Assembly: GCA_964411255.1 (NCBI GenBank)
Contig: CAYPKD010000002.1
Span: 98,141-162,140 of the forward strand
Source: an uncultured Gammaproteobacteria bacterium
Lineage (GTDB): Bacteria; Patescibacteriota; Patescibacteriia; UBA11705; DATKZF01
Direction of reading: 5' to 3'
Length of the DNA: 64,000 nt
Position 1 is the stretch's first letter. Each line of letters begins with the position of its first letter. Below are positions 39,193-48,683 of the stretch, piece after piece. The position numbers were made by a program, and so were the translations under genes. Under the pieces are notes generated by a model. The model did no database searches, was not told where the DNA came from, and was given only the letters and a program-made list of their open reading frames with translations.

Positions 39193-39697
39193 TTTATGGT
39201 ATAATTAGTAACAGAGAAACAGAAGAACAGAGAAACAAAGAAATTTTTAAAGATATATAACATGTCTAATACTATTTTTCGTTTTAGAGAATTCCCTGTA
39301 TATAAGGATGCCAGGAAATTTAGAGCAGATTTGAAAAAATTATCAAAAGAAAAATTTCCTTCAGAAGAACAATACATTTTAAGAAGACAGCTTTGGCGAG
39401 CATTAGATTCAATAATATTAAATATTGCAGAGGGAGCAGATAAGCATTCTGATAAGGATTTCAGTCATTATCTAAATCATGCTCTTGGATCAATTAATGA
39501 AGTTATCGGATGCTTAGATTGCGCCTTAGATGATTATTATATTGAAATCACTGAACATAAAAGGTATTTAGAACAAGCTGAAAACATTATTAAACAATTA
39601 AAAGCATTTATTTCCAAGCTTAGAAAAGATGATAAACGTTTTTAGTTTTTATTTGTGTTTCTTTGTTTCTATGTGCTTTTGTTAATTTTATGCCAAA
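39193..39697 (+). repeat. ~500-bp direct repeat, copy 2 (four-helix-bundle cassette)
   Basis: Nearly identical to 36388-36877, with an extra AGAAGAACAGAGAAAC-type unit upstream. Confidence 0.9.
39262..39645 (+). CDS. four helix bundle protein (duplicate)
   Basis: Differs from 36442-36825 by one residue (N14K). Confidence 0.9.
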   Translation: MSNTIFRFREFPVYKDARKFRADLKKLSKEKFPSEEQYILRRQLWRALDSIILNIAEGADKHSDKDFSHYLNHALGSINEVIGCLDCALDDYYIEITEHKRYLEQAENIIKQLKAFISKLRKDDKRF

Positions 39698-40445
39698 GAA
39701 AAAGAAAACAAAAAACAAAACAGATTTTAAAATCATTCCATTTATTACAATGGTTATTTCAGGCCTGACATTGCTTTTTGTATTGATTAGCGTGGGTTAT
39801 ATTTTATATTACACAGCAGTGCTTACGCCTATTTTTCAGTTAGCCCAGAATCAAATGATTATACAGCAGGAAATTATTGATTTAACTGATGAGATTAAGA
39901 TAGCGGATGGAGATTCTGATCAAGGTGAAGTTATTCAAATCAGAGAGACCAATGCAACTGACAGCTGGATAGATTATTTTGATAATGATTTAGGAATTGC
40001 CATAAAATATCCAAAAGATTTTTTTCATCAAGAACCAAAGGTTACAGAAATTTCATGTAAAGATGTTAATTTTCCGAGAGAATGTCCCAAAATTGATCAG
40101 GCGGTTGAAGTTGTGACAGGCAGTCCTATTGAAAATTCTTTAGCTGCAGGTTTGCCAACTTCATATTATTGGCATAATCCAAATGGTGAAAAGGTAATGA
40201 TTAATAATGATTCATATTGCTTGTATCGCCATGTTGAAGGAGCAGCAGGTTCCACTTTTGTAAGTTATTATTATACAACCGTTTCGAAAAATATGTGTAA
40301 AGTAATTAATTTAGTTGTAAAATATCAAAATTGTAGTATTCTGGGATCTAAAGGTGATGAGGATTATGAAAAATGTATAATGGAAAATGAACAGACAACG
40401 CCAGATGTGATTGATAAAGTTATTTCAACTTTAGAATTTAATTAA
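39690..40445 (+). CDS. membrane-anchored extracellular protein, subfamily B
   Basis: IIPFITMVISG..GY..YYT.VL.PI..L anchor shared with 40462; IKYP motif, EGAAGS, several Cys; start moved to 39690. Confidence 0.78.
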   Translation: MPKKKKTKNKTDFKIIPFITMVISGLTLLFVLISVGYILYYTAVLTPIFQLAQNQMIIQQEIIDLTDEIKIADGDSDQGEVIQIRETNATDSWIDYFDNDLGIAIKYPKDFFHQEPKVTEISCKDVNFPRECPKIDQAVEVVTGSPIENSLAAGLPTSYYWHNPNGEKVMINNDSYCLYRHVEGAAGSTFVSYYYTTVSKNMCKVINLVVKYQNCSILGSKGDEDYEKCIMENEQTTPDVIDKVISTLEFN

Positions 40446-40461
40446 ATATTTATTTATCATT

Positions 40462-41127
40462 ATGCCAAACAAAAAAAACAAAAAACAATTACTAATAGTT
40501 CCATGGATAACAATGATAATTTCAGGTGTAGTTCTGATTTTTGTCATTGTTATTTTCGGTTATTTAGCTTATTACACTACTGTGCTCGAACCAATTTTAA
40601 AACTATCTGACCATCAGGCTCTTTTAGAACAAAAGATTGAAAAAGTGCAGCCAGACGTTGATTTAGAAGAGGTGGTGGAAGAAGATGCTGTTGTTGTTGA
40701 GGAAATGAATGTTTATACTAGTAGGATTTTTGATTTTCAATTTGAATATTCAAAAAATTGGGTTATTGATGATTCATATTCAGATTTATTAAACTTTCTA
40801 TTAGTAAAATTGGAAGATAGGTCAATTACCACAAAAAGTCCGTTTTCTGATTACGCATCATTATGGGTTGAAGTTAATAGTCCAGGTAGGGGAATAGAGT
40901 ATTTTAATACAGTAATCAGCACTGATAAAATTATTGTTGATGGTATTATTGCTGATAGACAGGAAATTTCAGGTATTTATGATAATAATAAAATAAATGC
41001 ATATGTAGTTAGATTTGAAAAGGGAGGCGATTCATATTTCATTCATTATCAAGTTGATTCAAAGAAATGGCAAGAAAATAAAAAGAAATTTAATACTTTC
41101 CTTAGTAGTTTTGAATTTATTGATTAA
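40462..41127 (+). CDS. membrane-anchored extracellular protein, subfamily B
   Basis: IVPWITMIISG anchor; ectodomain homologous to the 34983 protein. Confidence 0.78.
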   Translation: MPNKKNKKQLLIVPWITMIISGVVLIFVIVIFGYLAYYTTVLEPILKLSDHQALLEQKIEKVQPDVDLEEVVEEDAVVVEEMNVYTSRIFDFQFEYSKNWVIDDSYSDLLNFLLVKLEDRSITTKSPFSDYASLWVEVNSPGRGIEYFNTVISTDKIIVDGIIADRQEISGIYDNNKINAYVVRFEKGGDSYFIHYQVDSKKWQENKKKFNTFLSSFEFID

Positions 41128-41146
41128 TATTTTGACTTAAAAAAAT

Positions 41147-41854
41147 ATGCCTGAAAAAACCAAAACAAATAAACCAGATAATAAATCCGCATTTAACGCC
41201 TGGGCGCTTATTGCAGCAATTTTAATTACAGTTATTTTTGTCGGAATTATACTGATCTGGCAAAATAATGCAATGAAGCAATTAAAAAATGAAGTTGCTG
41301 GCACTCAGAAAACTTTATCTCAAAAAGTTGAGAAAATTGAAAATGGAACATCTAAAGAAACAGTAGTAACTGAAGCAGAAGCAGATCCAACAGAAGATTG
41401 GGAAACATTTAGTATTGCTGGATATGAATTCATTTATCCAGATAGCTGGACTTATACTGAGCAGGAATCGCAAGTTCCAGGCCAGACTATTTATGGATTT
41501 TACGATGAAAATGATGTTAGAGTAGGATTATTGTTTACGCCTGTTTTAGAAACCGGATTTGAAGCTATGGTTTATGAAGAAACAAACCGACTTTATAAAA
41601 AGAAAGATGATGTCTACACAATAAAATTATTAGAAGGCCGGCCAGATTTAACTGAATATCCGGAATATTATGAGCAATTACCTGAAAAAGAAATGATTAT
41701 TATAATGCAGGAGAAAAAGCCTCCTCAGGAGTTTTATCAGGGGGATTTCCCGGAAAGTTTGTCTGATGATGGTTCAGTTTTATTAATTATTAGAAATTTA
41801 GATGAAACAACCATGGTGGAGATAGCAGATCTAATTTATGAATCAATAGAGTAG
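41147..41854 (+). CDS. membrane-anchored extracellular protein
   Basis: TM; YEFIYPDSW; ectodomain homologous to the 36870 protein. Confidence 0.78.
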   Translation: MPEKTKTNKPDNKSAFNAWALIAAILITVIFVGIILIWQNNAMKQLKNEVAGTQKTLSQKVEKIENGTSKETVVTEAEADPTEDWETFSIAGYEFIYPDSWTYTEQESQVPGQTIYGFYDENDVRVGLLFTPVLETGFEAMVYEETNRLYKKKDDVYTIKLLEGRPDLTEYPEYYEQLPEKEMIIIMQEKKPPQEFYQGDFPESLSDDGSVLLIIRNLDETTMVEIADLIYESIE

Positions 41855-41855
41855 T

Positions 41856-42422
41856 ATGATTAAATCAAGAGCTATAATTTTAGTATTTGTATTTTTAATT
41901 ATTGGTGTAGGCATATATTTGCTATACCTTGGTTTAGAGGATACTGAAATAATTCCTGATGATGGTAAAATTACAAATTTTGAACAGTGTGCTGCTGCTG
42001 GTAATCCAGTAATGGAAAGTTATCCACGGCAATGCAGAGCTGATGGTCAAACGTTTGTAGAGGAAATTGATGATATGCCTGCAACAGAAGACGAAACCAT
42101 AGATGTTAATCAAAAAGATTTAGATCCCTTGGATGATCTTGGGAATAGCGCTCAATTAGCCAATCCTGCATCAGTCTATTGTGAACAAGAGGGTGGTGAG
42201 ATAGAGAATAGGGAATTTGAAGATGGTACTGCAGGGTTCTGCCTGTTTGAAGATGGTTCAGAATGTGGGCAATGGGCATTTTATAGAAATGAATGCAATC
42301 CTGGCCAGAATTTTTGCAAAGATATGTGTGGTGATGGCAGATGCGACGAAGTGGTTTGCGAGGCTGTAGGCTGTCCGTGTGGTGAAACACCAAAAGGATG
42401 CCCTGCTGATTGCCGGAAATAA
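41856..42422 (+). CDS. DUF333-like Cys-rich exported protein
   Basis: TM; ITNFEQCAAAGNPVMESYPRQC; LANPASVYCEQEGG..C.F.DG.EC..W. Confidence 0.8.
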   Translation: MIKSRAIILVFVFLIIGVGIYLLYLGLEDTEIIPDDGKITNFEQCAAAGNPVMESYPRQCRADGQTFVEEIDDMPATEDETIDVNQKDLDPLDDLGNSAQLANPASVYCEQEGGEIENREFEDGTAGFCLFEDGSECGQWAFYRNECNPGQNFCKDMCGDGRCDEVVCEAVGCPCGETPKGCPADCRK

Positions 42423-42592
42423 CGCAATATAACACAAACAATAACGCACACATAACGCATAATAACGCAATATATCGAAAAGACCGAAATAACCAGGTCT
42501 TTTTTTTATTCTTCCTGTTTATAACTCTCTTGAAAATAGATTAATCAGCTGCTATAATTTTGTTGTGTATTTTTAAATTAATATCGTAAAGT

Positions 42593-44143
42593 ATGACATT
42601 TTTTCAAGATGTTTTTTTATTTTTCAAAAGGGTTTGCAATTTTTTTCCTTTAAAGATTTTGCCAAATTTCAAAAGTATCCGAAGCTGGCTGATTATAGTA
42701 TTCATAGCTGGAGCCATAGTTGTGCCGCAAGTTTGGGCCAGTCAGCCTGAGCATGCTGAAACTCCAGTTCCGGTTGCCGTTGAAGAATCTGTTGAAGTAG
42801 CTGAAGAGCATGAAACAGAATCAAGCCACGAAGGCGGACATGGAGCTGAAGCAGCAAAAACTTTCATGTGGATTGCAATAATTTTAATTGTTGCAAAACT
42901 TTCAAGCCTGGTTGAAAAAGTGGGCCAGCCTTCTGTTTTAGGTGAATTAGTAATGGGTGTGATTTTAGGAAATTTAGTATTGGTTGGCATAAACTTTTTT
43001 GAACCTTTGAAAGAAAATAATATAATTACATTTTTATCTGAATTGGGTGTTGTCATTCTATTATTCCAAATCGGTTTAGAATCAAATATTAAAGAAATGA
43101 AATCGGTTGGTATGAAAGCATTTTTAGTAGCAATTGTAGGCGTAGTAGCTCCTTTTGTCTTGGGAACATATGTTGTCGGCCCTTGGCTTTTACCAGGCTT
43201 ATCAATGAATGCCTATTTATTTTTAGGCGCAGCTTTAACAGCCACCTCAGTAGGCATTACTGCCAGGGTGTTCCAGGATCTTGGAAAGTTGAAAATCAAA
43301 GAAGCGCAAATTATTTTGGGAGCTGCGGTTATTGATGATGTTCTGGGATTGATTATTCTGGCTGTTGTTTCTGCTATGGTTACAATCGGCGCAGTTAGCA
43401 TTGGCGTGATTAGTTTGATAGTGGCAAAAGCTATTCTATTTTTGATTGGAGCTATTGTTATCGGACAATTATTAGCAAAAGTTTTGGGTCGAGTTTTTGC
43501 AAAAATCCAGACCGGAGTGGGCATGAAATTCACATTAGCCATTTGTTTTGGACTGTTATTTGCATTTTTAGCCCAAAAAATCGGATTAGCTCCAATTGTC
43601 GGCGCATTTGCTGCAGGTTTGGTGCTTGACCCAGTTCATTTTAAATATTTTAAAGACGCAAAGATTGTAAAAGACATGAAAAAGGTGGCTGCCGAGGCTC
43701 GGCCTGATGTTCGTGATAAATTTTATAATGCAATTGAACCGCATGCTCATAGACATATTGAAGATTTGATTGAGCCGATCGGCATGTTTTTAATTCCAAT
43801 TTTCTTTATTATGACTGGCATGGCCGTAAAACTTGAAACATTGTTTGATTTTAAAATATTGCTGGTTGCTTTAGGTATCACAGTTATTGCTTTTATTGGA
43901 AAATATATAACCGGTTTTGCAGCTGGGAAGGGGGTTAATAAGTCAATTATTGGTTTTGGCATGGTTCCACGGGGAGAAGTAGGTTTAATTTTCGCTACTA
44001 TTGGAAAAGGGCTTGGAGTGGTCTCAGATTCTGTATTTTCAGTTATTGTCATTATGGTAATATTTACTACACTATTAACTCCGCCAATTTTAACATTTTT
44101 ATTAAAGCGTCAAAGCAATAAACAAGCTGCTTCAGAAACATAA
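42593..44143 (+). CDS. cation:proton antiporter (CPA2)
   Basis: QPSVLGEL..G, LFQIGLE, ATSVGIT, AAVIDDVLG, GAFAAG, MVPRGEV; start uncertain. Confidence 0.93.
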   Translation: MTFFQDVFLFFKRVCNFFPLKILPNFKSIRSWLIIVFIAGAIVVPQVWASQPEHAETPVPVAVEESVEVAEEHETESSHEGGHGAEAAKTFMWIAIILIVAKLSSLVEKVGQPSVLGELVMGVILGNLVLVGINFFEPLKENNIITFLSELGVVILLFQIGLESNIKEMKSVGMKAFLVAIVGVVAPFVLGTYVVGPWLLPGLSMNAYLFLGAALTATSVGITARVFQDLGKLKIKEAQIILGAAVIDDVLGLIILAVVSAMVTIGAVSIGVISLIVAKAILFLIGAIVIGQLLAKVLGRVFAKIQTGVGMKFTLAICFGLLFAFLAQKIGLAPIVGAFAAGLVLDPVHFKYFKDAKIVKDMKKVAAEARPDVRDKFYNAIEPHAHRHIEDLIEPIGMFLIPIFFIMTGMAVKLETLFDFKILLVALGITVIAFIGKYITGFAAGKGVNKSIIGFGMVPRGEVGLIFATIGKGLGVVSDSVFSVIVIMVIFTTLLTPPILTFLLKRQSNKQAASET

Positions 44144-44269
44144 CACAAATTTAACACAAAATAACACATTATAACGCAAAAAAGGGCTTACACAGTCCTT
44201 TTTTATTGACAATATTAATACTTCTATGTATAATAATCTAATTGTTTCTTGTCAAAAAAGGAGGGAAAC

Positions 44270-45247
44270 ATGACCTTTGAACAACTACAAGAAAAATTCG
44301 GGTTTGGCTTTGCTGTACGAGTATATGAAAATCAAACTGATCCAAAATTTTTTAAAGGTTTAAATCTAGATCAATGGGTTGAAATTGCAATGATCACCAA
44401 TGATCAAACAGATTTAAACAAGCAAGCAATGAAAAAAATTCAATCAGCTATAAAGCCTTTTCAATTTTGGGCCAAAGTTGAAAGAGAAAGAAATATTGAC
44501 TTTTGGTCATTTGAAAATGCGGAATTTACAGAGTTTGTGCGCAAACGCATGTATGAAACAGCTTATCGTTTTTGGCATTGGCTTAGCGTTTTCATATGTT
44601 ATAATAGTTTTTCAGATGATGAAAAGGAAGAAATTCTCAGGCAGTTATTTAAGTATGCCAGAAATAATACAAAAAATTTAAAGCAAATGTATAAAACAGC
44701 AGAAATTGCTTTGCCTGAAGGTTTGGATCCAGGACTGAATGATTTTAGAGAGCAAATTTTAGAAAAAATGATTGATATTGCTCAAACATTTGAAGACTGG
44801 TTTTTTATCATTGATAATTGTAAAGATGGTTATCGATATGTTGATAAAATTATGCCTTTGATTCAAACTCCATCACAATGGTGGAAAGCCTGGTTGAAAT
44901 TTCTATATTGTTTTGATGATTTTAGGCAAAAAGCTTTTTATAAACTTGAGGAGCTCTGCAGCAGCTTTGATGATTGGTATCAATTCTATTGTAGATTTGC
45001 TAGACTTGATAAAAGCTTGAGATTCAAAGTTTTTCATTACATGATGAATACGGCAAATAGTAAGCTAGAGTGGTGGATCACATACAAAGTGGCCAGCAAG
45101 TTTGATGATTTTGATACATATTTAGAAGTTGTAAAAAAACTATTAGAGCATGATTTATCAATAGAGCAGTATGCAGAAATGTGGGAGGATGCGTCTGATT
45201 GGGATGATCAGGAAATGATTATTGTAGCAATTCAAAAGAGAATTTAA
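44270..45247 (+). CDS. hypothetical helical Trp-rich repeat protein
   Basis: Recurring (A/S)-x-x-F-x-x-W units about every 35 aa; AGGAGGG SD before ATG 44270. Confidence 0.7.
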   Translation: MTFEQLQEKFGFGFAVRVYENQTDPKFFKGLNLDQWVEIAMITNDQTDLNKQAMKKIQSAIKPFQFWAKVERERNIDFWSFENAEFTEFVRKRMYETAYRFWHWLSVFICYNSFSDDEKEEILRQLFKYARNNTKNLKQMYKTAEIALPEGLDPGLNDFREQILEKMIDIAQTFEDWFFIIDNCKDGYRYVDKIMPLIQTPSQWWKAWLKFLYCFDDFRQKAFYKLEELCSSFDDWYQFYCRFARLDKSLRFKVFHYMMNTANSKLEWWITYKVASKFDDFDTYLEVVKKLLEHDLSIEQYAEMWEDASDWDDQEMIIVAIQKRI

Positions 45248-45255
45248 ATTACATG

Positions 45256-45282
45256 ACCAGCTAAACTGAGCTGGTTTTTTTT
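45256..45282 (+). terminator. terminator, duplicated at 45502-45528
   Basis: ACCAGCT-AAACTG-AGCTGGT-TTTTTTT. Confidence 0.7.
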
Positions 45283-45313
45283 ATAAATTTAATAATATTT
45301 ATTTTTACTTATG

Positions 45314-45478
45314 CAGGCGAAAGCCTGCGTTGCCTTTTCCAATGTTGGCTTGCGCCAAGTTACTTTTTGGCGCCAAAAAGTAACCAAAAACCGCTGGGGG
45401 GCTTCAAATGCGAAGTAATGATGATGTTTCCATCTCGCTCCGGGGGCAATCAGCCCCCCAGACCCCCGTTGCGATAGA
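45314..45478. repeat. ~165-bp dispersed structured repeat, copy 2
   Basis: Near-identical to 36149-36312. Confidence 0.85.
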
Positions 45479-45619
45479 TTAAAAATCGCTTTAACATATA
45501 CAACCAGCTAAACTGAGTTGGTTTTTTTAATTTATTCTCGCATTTTGAATAATTAAATGCTAAAATAAAATGTAGTTCTTTGTAAAAAAGCGCAGTTTGA
45601 TCTGCATAGGGAGTAGTAA

Positions 45620-47086
45620 ATGAAAATAGCGTTGATTGAAGCTGGGTCGCCTGGCTTTCATGTGTTTAAAAAATTTGTTTTGCCAAGGCTTGGATTGCCA
45701 ATACTTGGAGCAATACTTCGTGATTTAAAACATGATGTGAAAATATTTTGTGAAGACTTATCAGGAATTGACTGGGGTTATGTGAGACAAGCTGATCTTG
45801 TCGGTATTTCTACAATTACCTGTACAGCTGAAAGAGCTTTTGATATTGTGAGAAAGATTAAAAAGCTTTGGCCCAAAAAGACCGTTATTATGGGTGGGCC
45901 GCATGTAACATTTTTACCAAAAGAAGCTTTGGATAAAGGTGTCGATTTTGTTGTTCGCGGAGAGGGAGAGCGAACAATGGTTGAAATTATAGACTGGATG
46001 AATGATTCAGGAAGCTTGGATAAAATTTTAGGGCTGTCTTATGAAGTAGCAGGTAAGCCTATCCATAATCCGGATCGTCCTAAAGATAAGGCTGTATTTG
46101 ATAATATCCCATTTCCTGCATTGGAAATGATTGAAGGCTATGAGAGAATGAGATTTATTCCAATTCAGACTTCACGAGGATGCCAGCATAAATGTGAGTT
46201 TTGTTCAGTAACGCCCATGTTTGGCCGAAAATTACGTTGCGCCACCGTGGTTACAGTTGTGGAAGAGCTAGAACGATTGATAGAGTTGATGCCAGGCAGA
46301 AAAGTTTTTTTCTACGATGACAATCTAGTCAGTAAACCACGCTGGACAAAAGAACTTTTGAGCCTGATGATTGAAAGAAAAGTGGAAGTTGATTGGATGG
46401 CGCAGGTTACTGTCAAAGCGGTTAAGGATACTGAATTAATGGATTTGTTTAAACAAGCCGGGTGTAAGCAGGTTTATGTCGGCCTTGAATCTGTTAATCC
46501 TCAAACGTTAAAAGATTGGAAAAAAAGTCAAACAGTGGAAGAGATGAAAAGAGCAATTCGAATTTTCCATGAATATGGTATTACAGTTCATGGGATGTTT
46601 GTTCTTGGTGGAGATAATGATAATCAGCAGACAGTAAAAGATACGGTAAAATTTGCAATTAAAATGAAAGTTGACACAGTAATGTTTTCAATCTTATGCC
46701 CGCTTCCTGGATCAGCTGTTTACGACAAGCTTGTAAGCGAAGGCAGACTACTTTCCAGATCATGGCGATATTTTGATGCTCATCATGTTGTTTTTCTACC
46801 GGCAAAGATACCAGCCTGGAAGCTTCAAAAAGCAGTAATGCTTCAGGCCATGCCCCGGTTTTATTCTTTAGGCAGAGTGATGAAAAGAGCATTAAAAGCA
46901 ATAACAGCATTTATTTTTTCCCTGTCTTTTAGAAAACAAGCTGGACGGAATCTATTTCTTACAATATACGGGCATATTACAGTAAGGAAATTTAGGAAGC
47001 AAAAAGGAGAGAGAGCGTTTTTTAAGCGGTTAAAAGAATTGCCATCAAGGATACGTAGAGATAAGAGTAAAGAATCTGCAAGCTGA
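45620..47086 (+). CDS. B12-binding domain radical SAM protein
   Basis: PRLGL..L, DLVGIS, MGGPHVT, VRGEGE; TSRGCQHKCEFC; YDDN; GLES. Confidence 0.93.
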   Translation: MKIALIEAGSPGFHVFKKFVLPRLGLPILGAILRDLKHDVKIFCEDLSGIDWGYVRQADLVGISTITCTAERAFDIVRKIKKLWPKKTVIMGGPHVTFLPKEALDKGVDFVVRGEGERTMVEIIDWMNDSGSLDKILGLSYEVAGKPIHNPDRPKDKAVFDNIPFPALEMIEGYERMRFIPIQTSRGCQHKCEFCSVTPMFGRKLRCATVVTVVEELERLIELMPGRKVFFYDDNLVSKPRWTKELLSLMIERKVEVDWMAQVTVKAVKDTELMDLFKQAGCKQVYVGLESVNPQTLKDWKKSQTVEEMKRAIRIFHEYGITVHGMFVLGGDNDNQQTVKDTVKFAIKMKVDTVMFSILCPLPGSAVYDKLVSEGRLLSRSWRYFDAHHVVFLPAKIPAWKLQKAVMLQAMPRFYSLGRVMKRALKAITAFIFSLSFRKQAGRNLFLTIYGHITVRKFRKQKGERAFFKRLKELPSRIRRDKSKESAS

Positions 47087-47175
47087 GTACAATGTGCTCA
47101 GCTTTTTTAAAATCTTGCTTTTTTAGTATAGATTGAGTAAAATAAGTAAATATTGAAAGGGGAGGGAAGCAAGCG

Positions 47176-47535
47176 ATGAGGATTTTAATAGCACTATGCA
47201 TCATTTTGACAAGTTTTAGTTCTTTAGCAAATTATCAGGTGTGTCTTGATAAAAAGCAGAAATTTTTTTCAAAAAAAATCGATGAAGCACAGTTGTTAAG
47301 TGATTTAAAATCTTGTTTTATAAATCCATATGTGTCAATGGGAAATCCAGTTACATATAAGACAGGTAAATGTATTTTTGATGATAAAGGCCAGAGATAC
47401 TTGTTAATATCTGCAATTGGAAATTATGAACATATCAGAAAGCAGTTTGAAAGAGAAGTGAATAATGATCTGTGGCTTTATTCTCTAAAAATAGAGAGGA
47501 GAAGAAGGCTAAGGGCAGTGCACTTGCCATTGTAA
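47176..47535 (+). CDS. hypothetical secreted protein
   Basis: Signal-peptide-like N-terminus, strong SD GGGGAGGG. Confidence 0.6.
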   Translation: MRILIALCIILTSFSSLANYQVCLDKKQKFFSKKIDEAQLLSDLKSCFINPYVSMGNPVTYKTGKCIFDDKGQRYLLISAIGNYEHIRKQFEREVNNDLWLYSLKIERRRRLRAVHLPL

Positions 47536-47653
47536 TAAAGAGTAGGATAAGATCCTGCGCTTGCCCTGAATTGAACGAAGTTTTAGTTCAGGGTTTTTTG
47601 ATTGATTTTTTAAAATAAAATGCTAAAATAAAAAATAGGTAATGGGTAAAAAT

Positions 47654-47815
47654 ATGAGATATAATATTCCAATAGCATTTGCAATAATAGTAGCTATAAC
47701 GCTTGGTGTTTTAATCTTTGGAATTTATAGCACCTATACCATGTTTTCCGCTAATGCTGCTGATGAGGAATTAGATATTGATATTCGTTTGGAAAGATTG
47801 AATAATAAAGATTAA
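47654..47815 (+). CDS. small single-TM protein (53 aa)
   Basis: Read by hand: MRYNIPIAFAIIVAITLGVLIFGIYSTYTMFSANAADEELDIDIRLERLNNKD. Confidence 0.5.
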   Translation: MRYNIPIAFAIIVAITLGVLIFGIYSTYTMFSANAADEELDIDIRLERLNNKD

Positions 47816-47951
47816 AATTGAGATATAATCCGAATGCCCCGAATAATTTGACAAGTTTGAGAAAGACAAAGCAAGCTAGAGGGGAGTTAGGATTTATAAT
47901 TTCTTATTCGTGTTTAAAAAAAAGACGCCACAGATATGACTGGGCGGTTTT

Positions 47952-48155
47952 TTATTGATTAACAATAGAATCTTCTGTTATTAGCTCGTCACTGCCTGGA
48001 CATTTTTTGCCATCATACACTGGATCAGCATGCGGAACGACAACATATATTTGTTTCCCCTCATCATCAAATTCATTGTCAATTAATATAGCAGTTACAA
48101 CACTGGTACAAATAGGGCACTCTCCAGATTCTTCTATGTAGCAGACAAAAGCCAT
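47952..48155 (-). CDS. CCHC zinc-finger-like microprotein
   Basis: GECPIC..PH..KCPGS; start set at ATG 48155. Confidence 0.7.
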   Translation of the reverse strand: MAFVCYIEESGECPICTSVVTAILIDNEFDDEGKQIYVVVPHADPVYDGKKCPGSDELITEDSIVNQ

Positions 48156-48328
48156 CTGGGTGCCACTCCGCTGCCATCGCATGGTTTTTTGCTGTATGGA
48201 TCTTTATGCTTTGTTAGAACATATTCTTTTTGATCTGCAATCTGTCTTGCTTTTGGATCTGGATCAGTAACTCTTTGTATGGGAAAATGTCCATCGCAAA
48301 GATAGCAAACGCCTAACTGTTTTTTCAT
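48134..48328 (-). CDS. CCHC zinc-finger-like microprotein
   Basis: GVCYLC..KH..PCDGSGVAP; AAGGAGG SD. Confidence 0.75.
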   Translation of the reverse strand: MKKQLGVCYLCDGHFPIQRVTDPDPKARQIADQKEYVLTKHKDPYSKKPCDGSGVAPRWLLSAT

Positions 48329-48484
48329 GCGCACCTCCTTGATTGCAATCTATATGTTTTTATATCAATTTTGATTAATTTTGTCAATAAGATATGTACG
48401 TTATGTTTGCGTTATTTGGACGTTGTTATAAGAAATTAAATAATTCGAAAACCACTGTAGCATTGCTCAGTGGCTTTGTTTGTT

Positions 48485-48682
48485 CTAGAGACCTGGCCTG
48501 ACAGGTTCGTAGTGTTCACGGGGGATATTGCCGCTGCCTTTGCAGCGGTAGCCGGTCTGGCTGAAATGGTTTTTCAGAACCAGATGCGGATCTGGGAGGG
48601 TTTTTTTTCCAGGCGGCTGAGGATCACAGATTTCCAGCTCTACTTCTTTGCCACAAAGGTGGCAGGTTCCCTTGTTTTTCAT
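48485..48682 (-). CDS. CCHC zinc-finger-like microprotein
   Basis: GTCHLC..NH..RCKGSGNIP. Confidence 0.75.
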   Translation of the reverse strand: MKNKGTCHLCGKEVELEICDPQPPGKKTLPDPHLVLKNHFSQTGYRCKGSGNIPREHYEPVRPGL

Positions 48683-48683
48683 T

